DNA of 32,000 nucleotides. Source: Xylella taiwanensis. Lineage in GTDB: Bacteria > Pseudomonadota > Gammaproteobacteria > Xanthomonadales > Xanthomonadaceae. This document shows positions 1 to 10,600 of this stretch, one piece after another. The translations under genes and the position numbers were made by a program. The notes under the pieces are model-generated. The model had not been told where the DNA came from and searched no databases. It saw nothing but the letters and a program-made list of their open reading frames with translations. Positions within the stretch are counted from its first letter, which is position 1, and every line of letters begins with the position of its first letter. Location: positions 1,980,001-2,012,000 of the forward strand of contig NZ_CP053627.1 in NCBI RefSeq assembly GCF_013177435.1, in the 5' to 3' direction.

Positions 1-1
1 G

Positions 2-760
2 TTCTTGATTGCGCATTTCCATAACACCATCATCGGCGGTGTCGTGTTCGGTTACTTGGCCGGACTGACGTATTGGTTCCCGAAAGCATTTGGCTTCAAA
101 CTCAACGAAGCACTGGGCAAGGCATCTTTTGCCTGCTGGATCGTCGGTTTCTTCATCGCTTTCATGCCGCTCTATGCACTCGGTTTCATGGGCATGACCC
201 GTCGTCTGAACAGCTACAACAACCCGCAGTGGGAGCCTTGGCTGCTGGTGGCGCTTGGCGGTGCCGTGATTATCGGTATCGGTATTTTCTTGAATCTGCT
301 GCAACTCGGTTACAGCGTCTGGACGCACAAGCAGAACCGTGACTTGACCGGCGACCCATGGGACGGACGCACGTTGGAGTGGTCAACCTCCTCGCCACCG
401 CCGTTCTACAACTTTGCCCACGTGCCCCATGTGGACAGCCTGGATCAGTTCTGGGAAGACAAACGACGTGGCAAAGCCTGGATAAAACCAGACAAATACG
501 AGGATATCCACATGCCACGCAACACCGCAGCGGGCTTCTGGATAGGTGCCTTCAGCATCGTGCTGGGCTTCGGTCTGACTTGGCATATCTGGTGGATGGC
601 GATGATCGGTCTACTTGGCATGATCGGCAGCTTCCTTGCCCGCACATTCGATAACGACATCGATTACTGGGTGCCTGCTGCGGAAGTTGCGCGTATCGAG
701 AACGAACGCTTCGCCCTGCTGGAAACACAACAGACAGCACACGCTGCGAAGGCTGTATAA
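2..760 (+). CDS. cyoB: cytochrome bo3 ubiquinol oxidase subunit I, C-terminal part (5' end lies outside the window)
   Basis: The frame is open from the left edge. The translation ([13 protein letters not shown]..., multiple TM helices, hydrophilic C-terminal tail) matches the heme-copper oxidase subunit I C-terminus. It is followed directly by cyoC and cyoD homologues. Confidence 0.9.
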   Translation, partial: FLIAHFHNTIIGGVVFGYLAGLTYWFPKAFGFKLNEALGKASFACWIVGFFIAFMPLYALGFMGMTRRLNSYNNPQWEPWLLVALGGAVIIGIGIFLNLLQLGYSVWTHKQNRDLTGDPWDGRTLEWSTSSPPPFYNFAHVPHVDSLDQFWEDKRRGKAWIKPDKYEDIHMPRNTAAGFWIGAFSIVLGFGLTWHIWWMAMIGLLGMIGSFLARTFDNDIDYWVPAAEVARIENERFALLETQQTAHAAKAV

Positions 761-762
761 CG

Positions 763-1392
763 ATGACCATGTCCACAAAGATCGATACACATCGCGCCGT
801 TCACGCAGGTCATCACAGCGATCACGCGCACCACGACAGTGGAGGCAACACCGTCTTCGGGTTTTGGGTATACCTGATGAGCGACTGCCTCATCTTTGCC
901 GGCTTGTTCGCCACCTACGCGGTGCTGGTCGGTGCAACGGTGGATGGGCCGACAGCCAAAGAACTGTTCGATCTGAAGTTCGTGCTGGTGGAAACCTTCC
1001 TGCTGCTGTTCAGCAGCCTGACATTCGGCTTGGCCATGATCGCGGCGCATAAACGCCACATGCCTGCGCTATATGGCTGGCTCATGATCACAGCCCTGTT
1101 CGGCCTTGGCTTCCTCGGCATGGAACTCTATGAGTTTCACCATCTGATCCAAGAGGGAGCAGGCCCAGGACGCAGCGCCTTCCTATCAGCATTTTTTACC
1201 CTGGTCGGTACCCACGGCCTACACGTCGCTACAGGCTTGCTATGGATGCTGGTGCTCGTGATCCAGATTGTTAAAAACGGGCTGACCGCACGCAACAGTA
1301 CTCGCTTGGCATGTTTGAGCCTGTTCTGGCACTTCCTGGATATCATCTGGATCGGTGTCTTTACCATCGTCTATCTGCTAGGAGCGCTGTAA
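763..1392 (+). CDS. cyoC: cytochrome bo3 ubiquinol oxidase subunit III
   Basis: 209-aa ORF that starts 2 nt after the cyoB stop. It has a His-rich N-terminus and five hydrophobic helices ([13 protein letters not shown]..., [10 protein letters not shown]) typical of CyoC/CoxIII. Confidence 0.9.
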   Translation: MTMSTKIDTHRAVHAGHHSDHAHHDSGGNTVFGFWVYLMSDCLIFAGLFATYAVLVGATVDGPTAKELFDLKFVLVETFLLLFSSLTFGLAMIAAHKRHMPALYGWLMITALFGLGFLGMELYEFHHLIQEGAGPGRSAFLSAFFTLVGTHGLHVATGLLWMLVLVIQIVKNGLTARNSTRLACLSLFWHFLDIIWIGVFTIVYLLGAL

Positions 1393-1733
1393 TGTCTCAT
1401 CACCCCGATCACTCCAGCGAACATGCCACACCAAGCAATAGCACGCACCTGAAGCCCTACCTCATCGGCTTTGTGCTAGCAGTGATTTTGACTGCCATTC
1501 CATTCGCGATAGTGATGAATGGCGTGTTCTCTAAGGGCATGACTGTCACTGTGATTTCAGTCTTGGCGGCGGCGCAAATGCTGGTGCATCTCGTGTACTT
1601 TCTACACATGGACCGTTCACAGGAACAACGCTCTAACGTCCAAGTGGCTCTGTTCTCAGTGCTGATCATTGGCATCGTTGTCATCGGTTCACTGTGGGTG
1701 ATGCACAACCTCAACGTGCACATGATGTATTGA
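1392..1733 (+). CDS. cyoD: cytochrome bo3 ubiquinol oxidase subunit IV
   Basis: The ATG at 1392 overlaps the cyoC TAA by 1 nt (TAATG). The product [11 protein letters not shown]...YLIGFVLAVILTAIPF...LVHLVYFLHM...LWVMHNLNVHMM aligns closely with E. coli CyoD as I remember it. The ORF-track start at 1311 lies inside cyoC and was rejected. Confidence 0.9.
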   Translation: MSHHPDHSSEHATPSNSTHLKPYLIGFVLAVILTAIPFAIVMNGVFSKGMTVTVISVLAAAQMLVHLVYFLHMDRSQEQRSNVQVALFSVLIIGIVVIGSLWVMHNLNVHMMY

Positions 1734-1752
1734 ACCTCACGTACCACATACT

Positions 1753-1784
1753 AAAAGGCCGCAGGTGATCCGCGGCCTTTTTTT
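1753..1784 (+). terminator. Rho-independent terminator of the cyo operon
   Basis: GGCCGC (1757-1762) pairs with GCGGCC (1772-1777). The stem is flanked by an A-run upstream and a T7 run downstream, about 20 nt after the cyoD stop. Confidence 0.75.
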
Positions 1785-2749
1785 CGGTTGTCTGCATCAT
1801 TCCTGGGAGACTGATGCCATCATCGATGGTGATGTCACCCGTTCAAACGGCTATTCTGAATCCCCAAGGGTCATGGCCTCACCGTGTCCTGTGCCCTTGC
1901 ACGTTGAAATGCTTCCATATCACCAAAATACATTGCATCGTCATACCCACAGAAAGTTAGCCTGATCTCCCCCCTACCGCACTACATTGTCTTTGATTCG
2001 CCAGCTCCAATGATTCACCAAGAGCACGCGCACGGCATCACATCATCTATACGATCAGCTGCGATCAGGCCCACATCATGGATCTGGGACAAAAGATAAT
2101 TGCGCCACACCTTGCAAGGCCACGCACTTGGCTGACTCCAGTGCTGAAAAGAGGATGTCATCGTTCATGGCTCATAGACTGTAGGTACAACACCTGTGTC
2201 AGGGATGAGCACTCAGTCTGATCGATTATCCAACCAATGCTGAAATAGCATTAGCAATATCGTCGGCATGACCGCTTTTTATGGAGTCTTTCTTCAGATT
2301 TGCTGTGAGCCTGATAGTTTCCTTGAAACAGACGCACTGTCACAGCAGACAACACCGTGATCACGCCGTTTTTCAGTGGCATCATTTGCATTTTCAATCG
2401 TCATGAAGTGGTAGCGGATATGCAATGTGACAAATTGCCACATTAAGCAACGCCATACAGGCTAACGTCCCAGTCATCTGAAACCGCGACTCCCGCTCAA
2501 CGGACCTGAACTCCAACACCAGTGACTGATCACCCACCAATGACGTCAAAAGAGCGCAACACGTTGCTCCATCCGCTGCGTCTTGGCATCAATGCACAGA
2601 CCGTCAGGTTCACGATACAAAATGTGCCCAGGATAGGGATCATGACAACCATGCCCCAAGACAACACAACGCATTTTCATTGATACCAGCCCGGTTCAGA
2701 TTCAAAAACGGGGCGCTTCCTCAATGATGTCATCTCCCATGACATGGGC

Positions 2750-5671
2750 TTAGGTTGCAGAATCTTCTTGGTACGCATCCACTGGAATACAAGCACACAT
2801 CACGTTCTTATCGCCGTAAACGTTGTCCACACGCGCCACCGGAGGCCAGTACTTGGCCTGTTTCAATGAGGGCAATGGGAACGCAGCCAACTCACGTGAA
2901 TAGGCATGCGCCCATTCCGAAGCCATGACCTGTATCGCCGGGTGTGGCGCATGCTTGAGCGGATTGTCCTCGGGATCAAGACGCCCCTGCTCAATCGCCG
3001 CAATCTCCTCACGGATCTGAATCATTGCATCGACGAAACGATCCAACTCTTGCTGCGATTCGCTCTCGGTCGGCTCCACCATCAGCGTGCCCGCCACTGG
3101 GAAACTCAACGTCGGCGCATGGAAACCAAAATCGATCAAACGTTTAGCGATGTCCTCCGCGCTGATACCACTGACCTTCTCCAGCGGACGCACATCAAGG
3201 ATGCACTCATGTGCCACCAGACCATTGCGACCGGTGTACAACGTCTTATAGTGGGGTGCCAAGCGCTTAGCAATGTAATTGGCATTGAGCAACGCGACCT
3301 GGGTCGCCTTACGTAGCCCGGCCGCCCCCATCATGGTGATATACATCCAACTGACCGGCAGGATCGACGCTGAACCGAAACGAGCCGCACTCACCATGCC
3401 AACCTTGCCTGCATCGCCAGACAATAGCTTTTGCGTATCCGGCGTCCGCACGACTCCCCCCTCTCCTGGCAATGTCAGCGTCTTGGGTAAAAACGGAGCC
3501 AAGTGCGCTTTCACTGCACAGGGACCTACGCCCGGGCCACCGCCGCCATGCGGGATACAGAAGGTCTTGTGAAGATTCAGGTGCGAAACGTCCGAACCCC
3601 ACCGACCCGGTTTCGCCACACCCACCAGCGCATTCATATTGGCGCCGTCCGTGTACACCTGGCCACCATGCACATGGACAATCTCGCACATGTCCATGAT
3701 CGCTTCCTCAAACACGCCATGCGTGGATGGATAGGTGATCATGAGCGCTGCAAGACTGTCTGAATATTTCTCCGCCTTCATCTGCAAATCAGCGACATCA
3801 ACGTTACCATTTTTGTCGCACTTGACGATCACCACCTGCATTCCACACATCTGCGCCGACGCCGGGTTGGTCCCGTGTGCCGACTCAGGGATCAGGCAAA
3901 TGGTGCGGCGCCCCTCACCACGGGCGCGGTGATAGGCACGGATCGCTAACAGGCCGGCATATTCACCCTGTGCACCAGAGTTCGGCTGCAAGCTCACGGC
4001 GTCGTAGCCGGTGCATTCTGCCAACATCGCTTCCAACTCATCGATCAACTGGCGGTAGCCGCTCCATTGTGCAGCCGGCGCCAATGGATGAATGCAAGCG
4101 AACTCTGGCCAAGTGACGGGAATCATCTCAGCCGTCGCATTGAGCTTCATCGTGCACGAGCCCAACGGGATCATGGTGCGGTCCATGGCCAAATCCTTAT
4201 CGGCCAACGTGCGCAAGTAACGTAGCAACTCATGCTCACTGTGATGAGTATTGAACACGGGATGGGTCAAGAATGCGCTGGTGCGCAGCAGAGCCGCTGG
4301 TAACGCGTCGGCAGTAACAACATCAAGCGCGTCCACATCAATCTGCACACCAAACACATGACCTAACGCCACCAAGTCGGCACGCGTCACTGTCTCGTCC
4401 AGACTGATACCAAGCTGCGCACTATCGATCATGCGCAGGTTAATACCAGCCGCCGCTGCCATACGATGGATCGCCACAGCGTCAATACCGATGATGTGGA
4501 GCGTATCGAAAAAACATTCACCAACCGTCAAACCAGCACCGCGCAACGCCGCCGCCAGAATCGCCGCCATGCGGTGGGTGCGGCGCGCAATACGGATCAA
4601 CCCATTGGGGCCATGATAGACCGCATACATGGAGGCCATCACCGCCAGCAACACTTGCGCGGTACAGATGTTGGAGGTTGCCTTCTCGCGGCGAATATGC
4701 TGCTCCCGGGTCTGAAGAGCCAGGCGGTACGCAGGATTGCCAACAGCATCGACCGATACACCAATCAAACGACCCGGCATCGAGCGCTTATAAACATCGC
4801 GACAAGCCATGAACGCAGCATGCGGGCCACCAAAGCCAAACGGCACTCCAAAGCGCTGACTATTGCCAACGACGATGTCGGCCCCCCATTCGCCTGGCGC
4901 CGCAATCAACGTCAGCGCCAACAAATCGCTGGCCACCGCAACCACACCACCCCGGGCATGTACAGCATCGGCCAACATCCTGTGATCACCAATGCGGCCG
5001 AAGGTGTCCGGATATTGCAGCAATATGCCGAAAACATCGGCATGCAATGCTTCCTCCGGCGTACCCACACGCAACACAATGCCCAACGGTTCAGCACGAG
5101 TACGCAGCACTTCCAAGGTCTGTGGATGCACCGCATCGTGCACAAAAAATAGATCCGAGCTGGATTTGGCCGAACGCTTGGCCAAGCTCATCGCTTCGGC
5201 CGCAGCAGTCGCCTCATCCAATAGGGAAGCATTGGCAATCTCCATCCCGGTGAGATCGGCACACATGGTCTGAAAGTTGATCAACGCTTCCATACGGCCC
5301 TGCGAAATCTCCGCCTGGTATGGGGTGTACGCGGTGTACCAGGCTGGGCTCTCAAGAATGTTGCGCAAAATCACCTGTGGCGTATGAGTGCCGTAGTAGC
5401 CTTGGCCAATGAAGCTGCGCAACACTCGATTTTTATCGGCAATCACGCGAATCTTGGCGAGAGCCTCTTCTTCAGTAACCCCTTCAGGCAGATCCAACGC
5501 AACGGTCGACCTGATCTTCTCCGGAACAATGGCATCAGTCAGCGACTCCAGCGAATCGTAGCCAACAACACGCAACATCTGCGTGATCTCGACATCGTTG
5601 GGGCCAATATGGCGCTCAACAAACGCGCCGGCATATTCGAGATCACGCAAAGAAGACAGGCTATTGGACAT
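2750..5671 (-). CDS. gcvP: glycine dehydrogenase (decarboxylating), glycine cleavage system P protein
   Basis: About 973 aa with full-length similarity to single-chain GcvP ([25 protein letters not shown]...; the PLP-lysine region [16 protein letters not shown]). I chose the start at the ATG at 5671, preceded by AGGAAG. The longer ORF to 5764 adds a non-conserved extension. Confidence 0.95.
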   Translation of the reverse strand: MSNSLSSLRDLEYAGAFVERHIGPNDVEITQMLRVVGYDSLESLTDAIVPEKIRSTVALDLPEGVTEEEALAKIRVIADKNRVLRSFIGQGYYGTHTPQVILRNILESPAWYTAYTPYQAEISQGRMEALINFQTMCADLTGMEIANASLLDEATAAAEAMSLAKRSAKSSSDLFFVHDAVHPQTLEVLRTRAEPLGIVLRVGTPEEALHADVFGILLQYPDTFGRIGDHRMLADAVHARGGVVAVASDLLALTLIAAPGEWGADIVVGNSQRFGVPFGFGGPHAAFMACRDVYKRSMPGRLIGVSVDAVGNPAYRLALQTREQHIRREKATSNICTAQVLLAVMASMYAVYHGPNGLIRIARRTHRMAAILAAALRGAGLTVGECFFDTLHIIGIDAVAIHRMAAAAGINLRMIDSAQLGISLDETVTRADLVALGHVFGVQIDVDALDVVTADALPAALLRTSAFLTHPVFNTHHSEHELLRYLRTLADKDLAMDRTMIPLGSCTMKLNATAEMIPVTWPEFACIHPLAPAAQWSGYRQLIDELEAMLAECTGYDAVSLQPNSGAQGEYAGLLAIRAYHRARGEGRRTICLIPESAHGTNPASAQMCGMQVVIVKCDKNGNVDVADLQMKAEKYSDSLAALMITYPSTHGVFEEAIMDMCEIVHVHGGQVYTDGANMNALVGVAKPGRWGSDVSHLNLHKTFCIPHGGGGPGVGPCAVKAHLAPFLPKTLTLPGEGGVVRTPDTQKLLSGDAGKVGMVSAARFGSASILPVSWMYITMMGAAGLRKATQVALLNANYIAKRLAPHYKTLYTGRNGLVAHECILDVRPLEKVSGISAEDIAKRLIDFGFHAPTLSFPVAGTLMVEPTESESQQELDRFVDAMIQIREEIAAIEQGRLDPEDNPLKHAPHPAIQVMASEWAHAYSRELAAFPLPSLKQAKYWPPVARVDNVYGDKNVMCACIPVDAYQEDSAT

Positions 5672-5774
5672 CGTTAACTTCCTGAGCAGGAATGGGAGAC
5701 TGAAAACACGTGAACACCTTGTCATGGCACACGCACGCCACATTGACGGACCGTACCGCGGCAATCTTCATGTC

Positions 5775-5956
5775 CCTACTGTCCTTATTGCCTGAGCGTT
5801 TGAAACCAAGCCAGCACCAGCCTACCGACGTCTCGCACCCCTGCGACGCAGGATGGAAGCCGTCTGTTCTAAATAGAGATGTGTTGCAGATGGGATCAAG
5901 TCTTAGCAATGACGGACATTGCGCCTTGGCAGCGGCAGTGCCGCTGCTCAGACCAC
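5775..5956 (-). promoter_or_regulatory. candidate glycine riboswitch in the gcvP leader
   Basis: Read on the minus strand, 5954->5920 gives GTCTGAGCAG-CGGCACTGCCG-CTGCCAAGGCGCAA. This resembles the consensus 5' half CTGGAGAG / P2 hairpin / CGCCGAAGGAGCAA. Positions 5796->5779 read CTCAGGCAATAAGGACAG, against the consensus CUCAGGCAAAAGGACAG. GTCTG (5953->5949) can pair with CAGAC (about 5866->5862) as a P1 stem. The middle portion is poorly conserved. Confidence 0.45.
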
Positions 5957-6060
5957 GAAGCCGGTCATTATATCCTTCAGCCACACGCCCAACCCGGATT
6001 AAACCGGACCATTTTCAGCGCTCCCAACGCACTCACCTGGAATGAATGGGCCATCACAAA

Positions 6061-6100
6061 AAGCATCACACCCCATGGCAAAGCATCACACCCCATGGCA
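6061..6100. repeat. perfect 20-bp tandem duplication (AAGCATCACACCCCATGGCA x2)
   Basis: Positions 6061-6080 and 6081-6100 are identical. A partial CATCACA copy lies just upstream. The repeat is intergenic, about 90 nt upstream of the pqaA-like start. Confidence 0.95.
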
Positions 6101-6187
6101 ACGTATCGAAGCACTGAAGAATACGTTGCAAACTGATTTCATACGCTTGTGGCAAGGTGAGCTTACCTCGCTACCGAACAACCATAG

Positions 6188-7684
6188 ATGCCTGCCATGC
6201 AACACCAAGCCCACTCTCTCGCTCTCACCCTGCTACTGGCCGGCACGGCTACAGCGACACCTCCGATCTCTGATCCAACCATCTGTGACAACGCACACCA
6301 TACTGCAGCCGCTGACGCGCTGGTCTGCTATCACGATGCAGTGGAACGGCAGCCACTCGACTACACCGCCACCGGCAGCGAGCACATCGCCGGCGTCACC
6401 CAAAAACGCTACCAACTGAATGCACAATCTTGGTCGCCAGAACACCTGGTAACACCCTTGCAATGGCAACACAACGTCGTGCTGCACGTACCCGATGATG
6501 TGCTGCCGCAGCAAGCACTGGTCATCGCCAGCAACGGTACCCGATATGCCGGTAACGGCGGCATGGCGGCGCGCCCGCCCGATGATCTTTCCGAGATACT
6601 GGGCGAGATCGCACGGCGTACCCACATCACGATCGTAGAGGTCAGCGACATCCCCAACCAGTATCTGACCTATGCCGATGATGGCCACGCACGCCGTGAA
6701 GACGAGAGTGTTGCACACGGCTGGTCACTCTTCATGCAATCACCAGACACTCGTCAAACACTGCCCTTACATGTACCGATGGCGATCGCCATCACGCGCG
6801 CAATGGACCTGGCACAACGCGAGCTACCACAGCTGTCCTTAAAACACTTTGCGGTGACCGGGTCATCCAAGCGTGGCTGGGCAGCTTGGCTGACGGCGAT
6901 CGCAGATGACCGCGTGAACGCAATCATTCCGTCAGTAACCGACATCTTAAACACGCGGCAAGTACTGAATCATATCTATCGCACTTACGGTAACCACTGG
7001 CCCATTGGATTAGCCCCCTACTACGCCGCAGGCATCACTGATCGCTTAAACACTCCACAATTTAATCAGTTGATGCGTATTGAGGACCCACTCAGTTATT
7101 TAAAAACACGCTATTTCCGCCGCTTAGCGCTCACCAAATATATCTTGAGTGCCAGCGGTGACGATTTATTCCCGCCCGATAGCAGCCATTATTATTACGA
7201 TCGCCTCCCCGGTACAAAAGCACTGCGCATCGTACCTAACAGTCCACATAACATCCCCCCCGCTGCCATCAGCGAGGGCCTGACCAGCTTCCTTGGACGT
7301 CTGCAACAAGACCGTCCGTTACCCATGCTCAGCGAGCACTTGAAACAACACGGTGCAGAGGCGACGCTGTATCTAAAGTCGAACGAGCAACCCATCCGCT
7401 GGACACTGTGGACGGCCCAAAACACACAGGCACGCGACTTCCGCTACGCCTGCGGCATCCGTTATGCGTCCACATCACTGCCGGAACAGGGTAAATCGGT
7501 GCGCGTGGCGCTCCCCATTCCAGCCCAGGGCTGGAATAGCTCCTTCGTCGAGGCCACCTACGCTGATGGCTTCATCGCTACCAGCAAAGCCTATGTCCTT
7601 GGTCAAAATAAGTATCCCGACACAGCACCGCCCTCAACCAGTCCTGCCTGCAGCACCTTGCCTGGACACCCGAAAGCACCTTAG
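6188..7684 (+). CDS. PhoPQ-activated pathogenicity-related protein (PqaA-type, alpha/beta-hydrolase-like), secreted
   Basis: 498-aa ORF with an N-terminal signal-like segment (HSLALTLLLAGTATA). It carries the GSSKRGW nucleophile-elbow-like motif and has the overall length I associate with the PhoPQ_related family. The family assignment is from memory. Confidence 0.7.
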   Translation: MPAMQHQAHSLALTLLLAGTATATPPISDPTICDNAHHTAAADALVCYHDAVERQPLDYTATGSEHIAGVTQKRYQLNAQSWSPEHLVTPLQWQHNVVLHVPDDVLPQQALVIASNGTRYAGNGGMAARPPDDLSEILGEIARRTHITIVEVSDIPNQYLTYADDGHARREDESVAHGWSLFMQSPDTRQTLPLHVPMAIAITRAMDLAQRELPQLSLKHFAVTGSSKRGWAAWLTAIADDRVNAIIPSVTDILNTRQVLNHIYRTYGNHWPIGLAPYYAAGITDRLNTPQFNQLMRIEDPLSYLKTRYFRRLALTKYILSASGDDLFPPDSSHYYYDRLPGTKALRIVPNSPHNIPPAAISEGLTSFLGRLQQDRPLPMLSEHLKQHGAEATLYLKSNEQPIRWTLWTAQNTQARDFRYACGIRYASTSLPEQGKSVRVALPIPAQGWNSSFVEATYADGFIATSKAYVLGQNKYPDTAPPSTSPACSTLPGHPKAP

Positions 7685-10600
7685 CCGCCCCTCAGCGCAG
7701 CCAACCGCTGCGCTAATTTCTTAGCCGAAATCCCGGTGCGTGCGCCCAATTCCTGCGCAAAGAGTGACACCCGCAACTCCTCCAAATCCCAACGCAACGC
7801 CTGCCACTCCGGTTGCCCGGAGACACCCTGTGCCATCGCCACCTCCAACGCATCCACGAATGGCTTGAGTTCAAGCATTCGGGCTTGATCGCGCGACGGA
7901 TCGCGCTTGGCGCGCTCACTCCGCAGCAGCATCGCTTTCAGATAGCGCGGGTAGTGCGTCAGTACCTCGGCGGGTGTCTGGCGCAAGAAACCCGGATACA
8001 CCAACTGGGCCAACTGCCGTTCCATGTCATCCAGATTGCCACGCGCCCACCCCATCAACGGCGCTTCCAGCAGTGGCTTAAGCTCGGCCACGGCGACCAG
8101 GATCGCCTCGGCCAGATTCAGCCGCACCATCATCTCAGGGAACAGCTGCTGCGCCGCCGTATCGCGGCACTGCGCAAACACGACAGGATCACGGATCGAC
8201 TCCAACGCATTCGCTAATACCGCATTCAACGCCGCCTCAACCAGGTCGTCACGCAAGCATTCCTTTGACTCAATGGCCGCATATAACAGTCCACTCTTCG
8301 AGGACACCGGCAACTGCTTACGCACCTGTTTGATCTTGTTGGCCAACGCGATCTCCAATAGCCGCCGTACGCCATGCGGATGTACCTGTGCGGCCTCACT
8401 AGAATCAGCGAAGACCCGCAACGCCACCATCTCACCCTCGTCCACCAACGCCGGGTACATCGGAACCCCAGCCTCACCGGTGAGCTGGACCGGAATCGAC
8501 ATAGCAGGAAACTCACGCAGCCCCTCCATGATGAATGTGCGTCCGGAACGGGCCACGAACGCTTGCCCGGAGTGTGTGCCAAAACGAGCACGCAACGCAT
8601 CAAGATCCCGCGACTCGGCCAAGACATGACCGCTCTCATCACGCAGACGCAGACGCATATGCAAATACGGCTCCAATAACTGTTCATCGAAGTCGATCGC
8701 CGCCGCCCGCACACCGGTAATACGAGACAAAAAGCGCGCCAACTCGCCGCGTAGATCATCCGCCGCAGGCTGTGGAAAGGCTTGAGAAAACGCACGCCCA
8801 AAATCAGGTGCCGGTACATAGCTGCGACGTAGTGCCTTCGGCAACGAACGGATCAGCGCAGATGCTTTATCGGCGACAAAGCCAGGCACCAGCCACGACA
8901 GCCGTACTGGATCCAGCGCGTTGAGCAGATGCAAAGGCACCTCCAAGGTGACGCCATCATCCACTGCACCTGGATCAAACGAATAGTGCAACGGCAACCT
9001 CGCATCGCCGAGTGCAAAATATTTCGGGTAGCGATCTTCCTCACTGCCTTCACCAGGCAGCAAGTCGATCAATGACCAATACAGGCCATGCCGCTTGTTC
9101 ACTGGCAGATCTTTCCACCATGCATCCAGTGCATCTGTCGAATCAATGTCATGCGGCACCCGATCGAGATACCAGCGTGCCTGCCAATCCTCGTCGGCCA
9201 CAATACCGGCACGACGCAGCTTCGCCTCCTCCTGGTGCGCCTGCTCCAACACCTTGAGATTGTCGGCAACAAAACCAGCACGCGTGTTGATCTCGCCGGT
9301 CACCAATGCTTGGCGCACAAAGAGATCGTGCGCCGCTATCGGATCGATACGGCCATAGTGCACCGGCTTCTTCGGCGCCAACACCAACCCAAACAAACTG
9401 ATTTGCTCAGAGACCAGCACTCGGCCCTGGGCACGTGACCAATGTGGATTGAAATGCTTGCGCAGCAACAGATGCGGCAACTCAGCAATCACCCAATCCG
9501 GCTCGATGGCAGCATTCGTCAAGCCCCAGACCTTCTGTGTGTCCAGCAGAGTCGCGGTCAGCACCCACGGTGGCGGCTGCTTCGCCAACACCGAACCAGG
9601 AAACAACAGAAAGCGGCGCTGGCGGGGCGCCTGGAAATCGCCCTTCTCGGTACGATGGCCAATGTGGATCGGCAAACCGGCCAGCAACGCACGATGCAAC
9701 GCTTGATAGGCAGCCGCACGCGCACGCTCGCTGATAGGCGGTGCATCATTGAGTAACTCACCCGGTGTGCTGATCCCAGGCGTCACCGCAGACGGTGTAT
9801 GCATATCGGCATTCGCGCCGTGAACTGTACGAGTGACGTTGCGCACTGCGCTACGCTCGCGCGCCAAGCGCGCGGCACGATGCAGCTCTCCACGACTCGG
9901 CTTATGACCACGACGCTCGCTCTCGCTGGACGTCCCCTGCCCCGCTAAAAGAGCCCGCAACAATGTCGCACTCGACAGTAACGCGTCCGCCTGAGGCACT
10001 AAGCCCAGCGCTCCCAACCCAGATTCTGACTTTGAGCGAGGAGACAGCCTTGCTCCCTTCTTCAGAAGCGCTTCCGACGATCGTACGTTGCGCAGATCGT
10101 CCTCCTGCTCCCCCTCGCACAATAGACACAATTGCCGCTGCAACTCGCACCACTCACGCATGTGCAGCACACTAAGAAAATGGCGCTGGCACCACTCACG
10201 CAACTTGGACTGGGTCGAGTACTCGCGGACCTGCCAGTAAGCCTGCCATAGACGCAAGATGCCGACGAAATCCGAACGTGCATCAGCAAACTTCGCATGC
10301 GCATTGTCAGCCGCCTCACGCGCCTCCGGGGGGCGCTCACGCGGATCCTGGATCCCCAGGAAGGCAACAATCACCGTCATCTCGTACACACAACCGTGCT
10401 GTTGCGCAGCAACCAGCATGCGCGCCAGCTTCACGTCCACCGGCAACCGTGCCATCTTGCGCCCAATGGCTGTCAGCGCTTGCTGGCTATCTACCGCACC
10501 CAATTCAACCAATTGTTGCCAACCATCGGCGACTGCCCGTTCGTCAGGGGGCTCGAGAAACGAGAAATTTTCAATGATCTGGGAGGTGCGCTGCTGCTCC

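Noticed and set aside
2727-2745. 7-bp hairpin ATGTCAT-CTCCC-ATGACAT immediately after the gcvP stop
   Set aside because: The stem is AT-rich, and the nearest T-run on the minus strand is about 19 nt away. It is not a canonical terminator and may be fortuitous.
4466-5152. 228-aa + strand ORF, along with several other 60-135-aa ORFs, lying inside gcvP on the opposite strand or in other frames
   Set aside because: It lies entirely within a gene that has unambiguous full-length GcvP similarity. The translation is Arg/His/Gln-rich and low in complexity, as is typical of antisense shadow ORFs.
5661-5984. 107-aa minus-strand ORF and 111-aa plus-strand ORF (5710-6045) covering the gcvP leader
   Set aside because: They overlap the riboswitch-like motifs, have no SD or family resemblance, and the minus-strand one runs into gcvP out of frame. 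A non-coding leader explains the region better.
7681-7684. 4-nt overlap of the convergent pqaA-like and hrpA stop codons
   Set aside because: The overlap is real, but it is unremarkable in compact genomes and implies nothing beyond the absence of an intergenic terminator.
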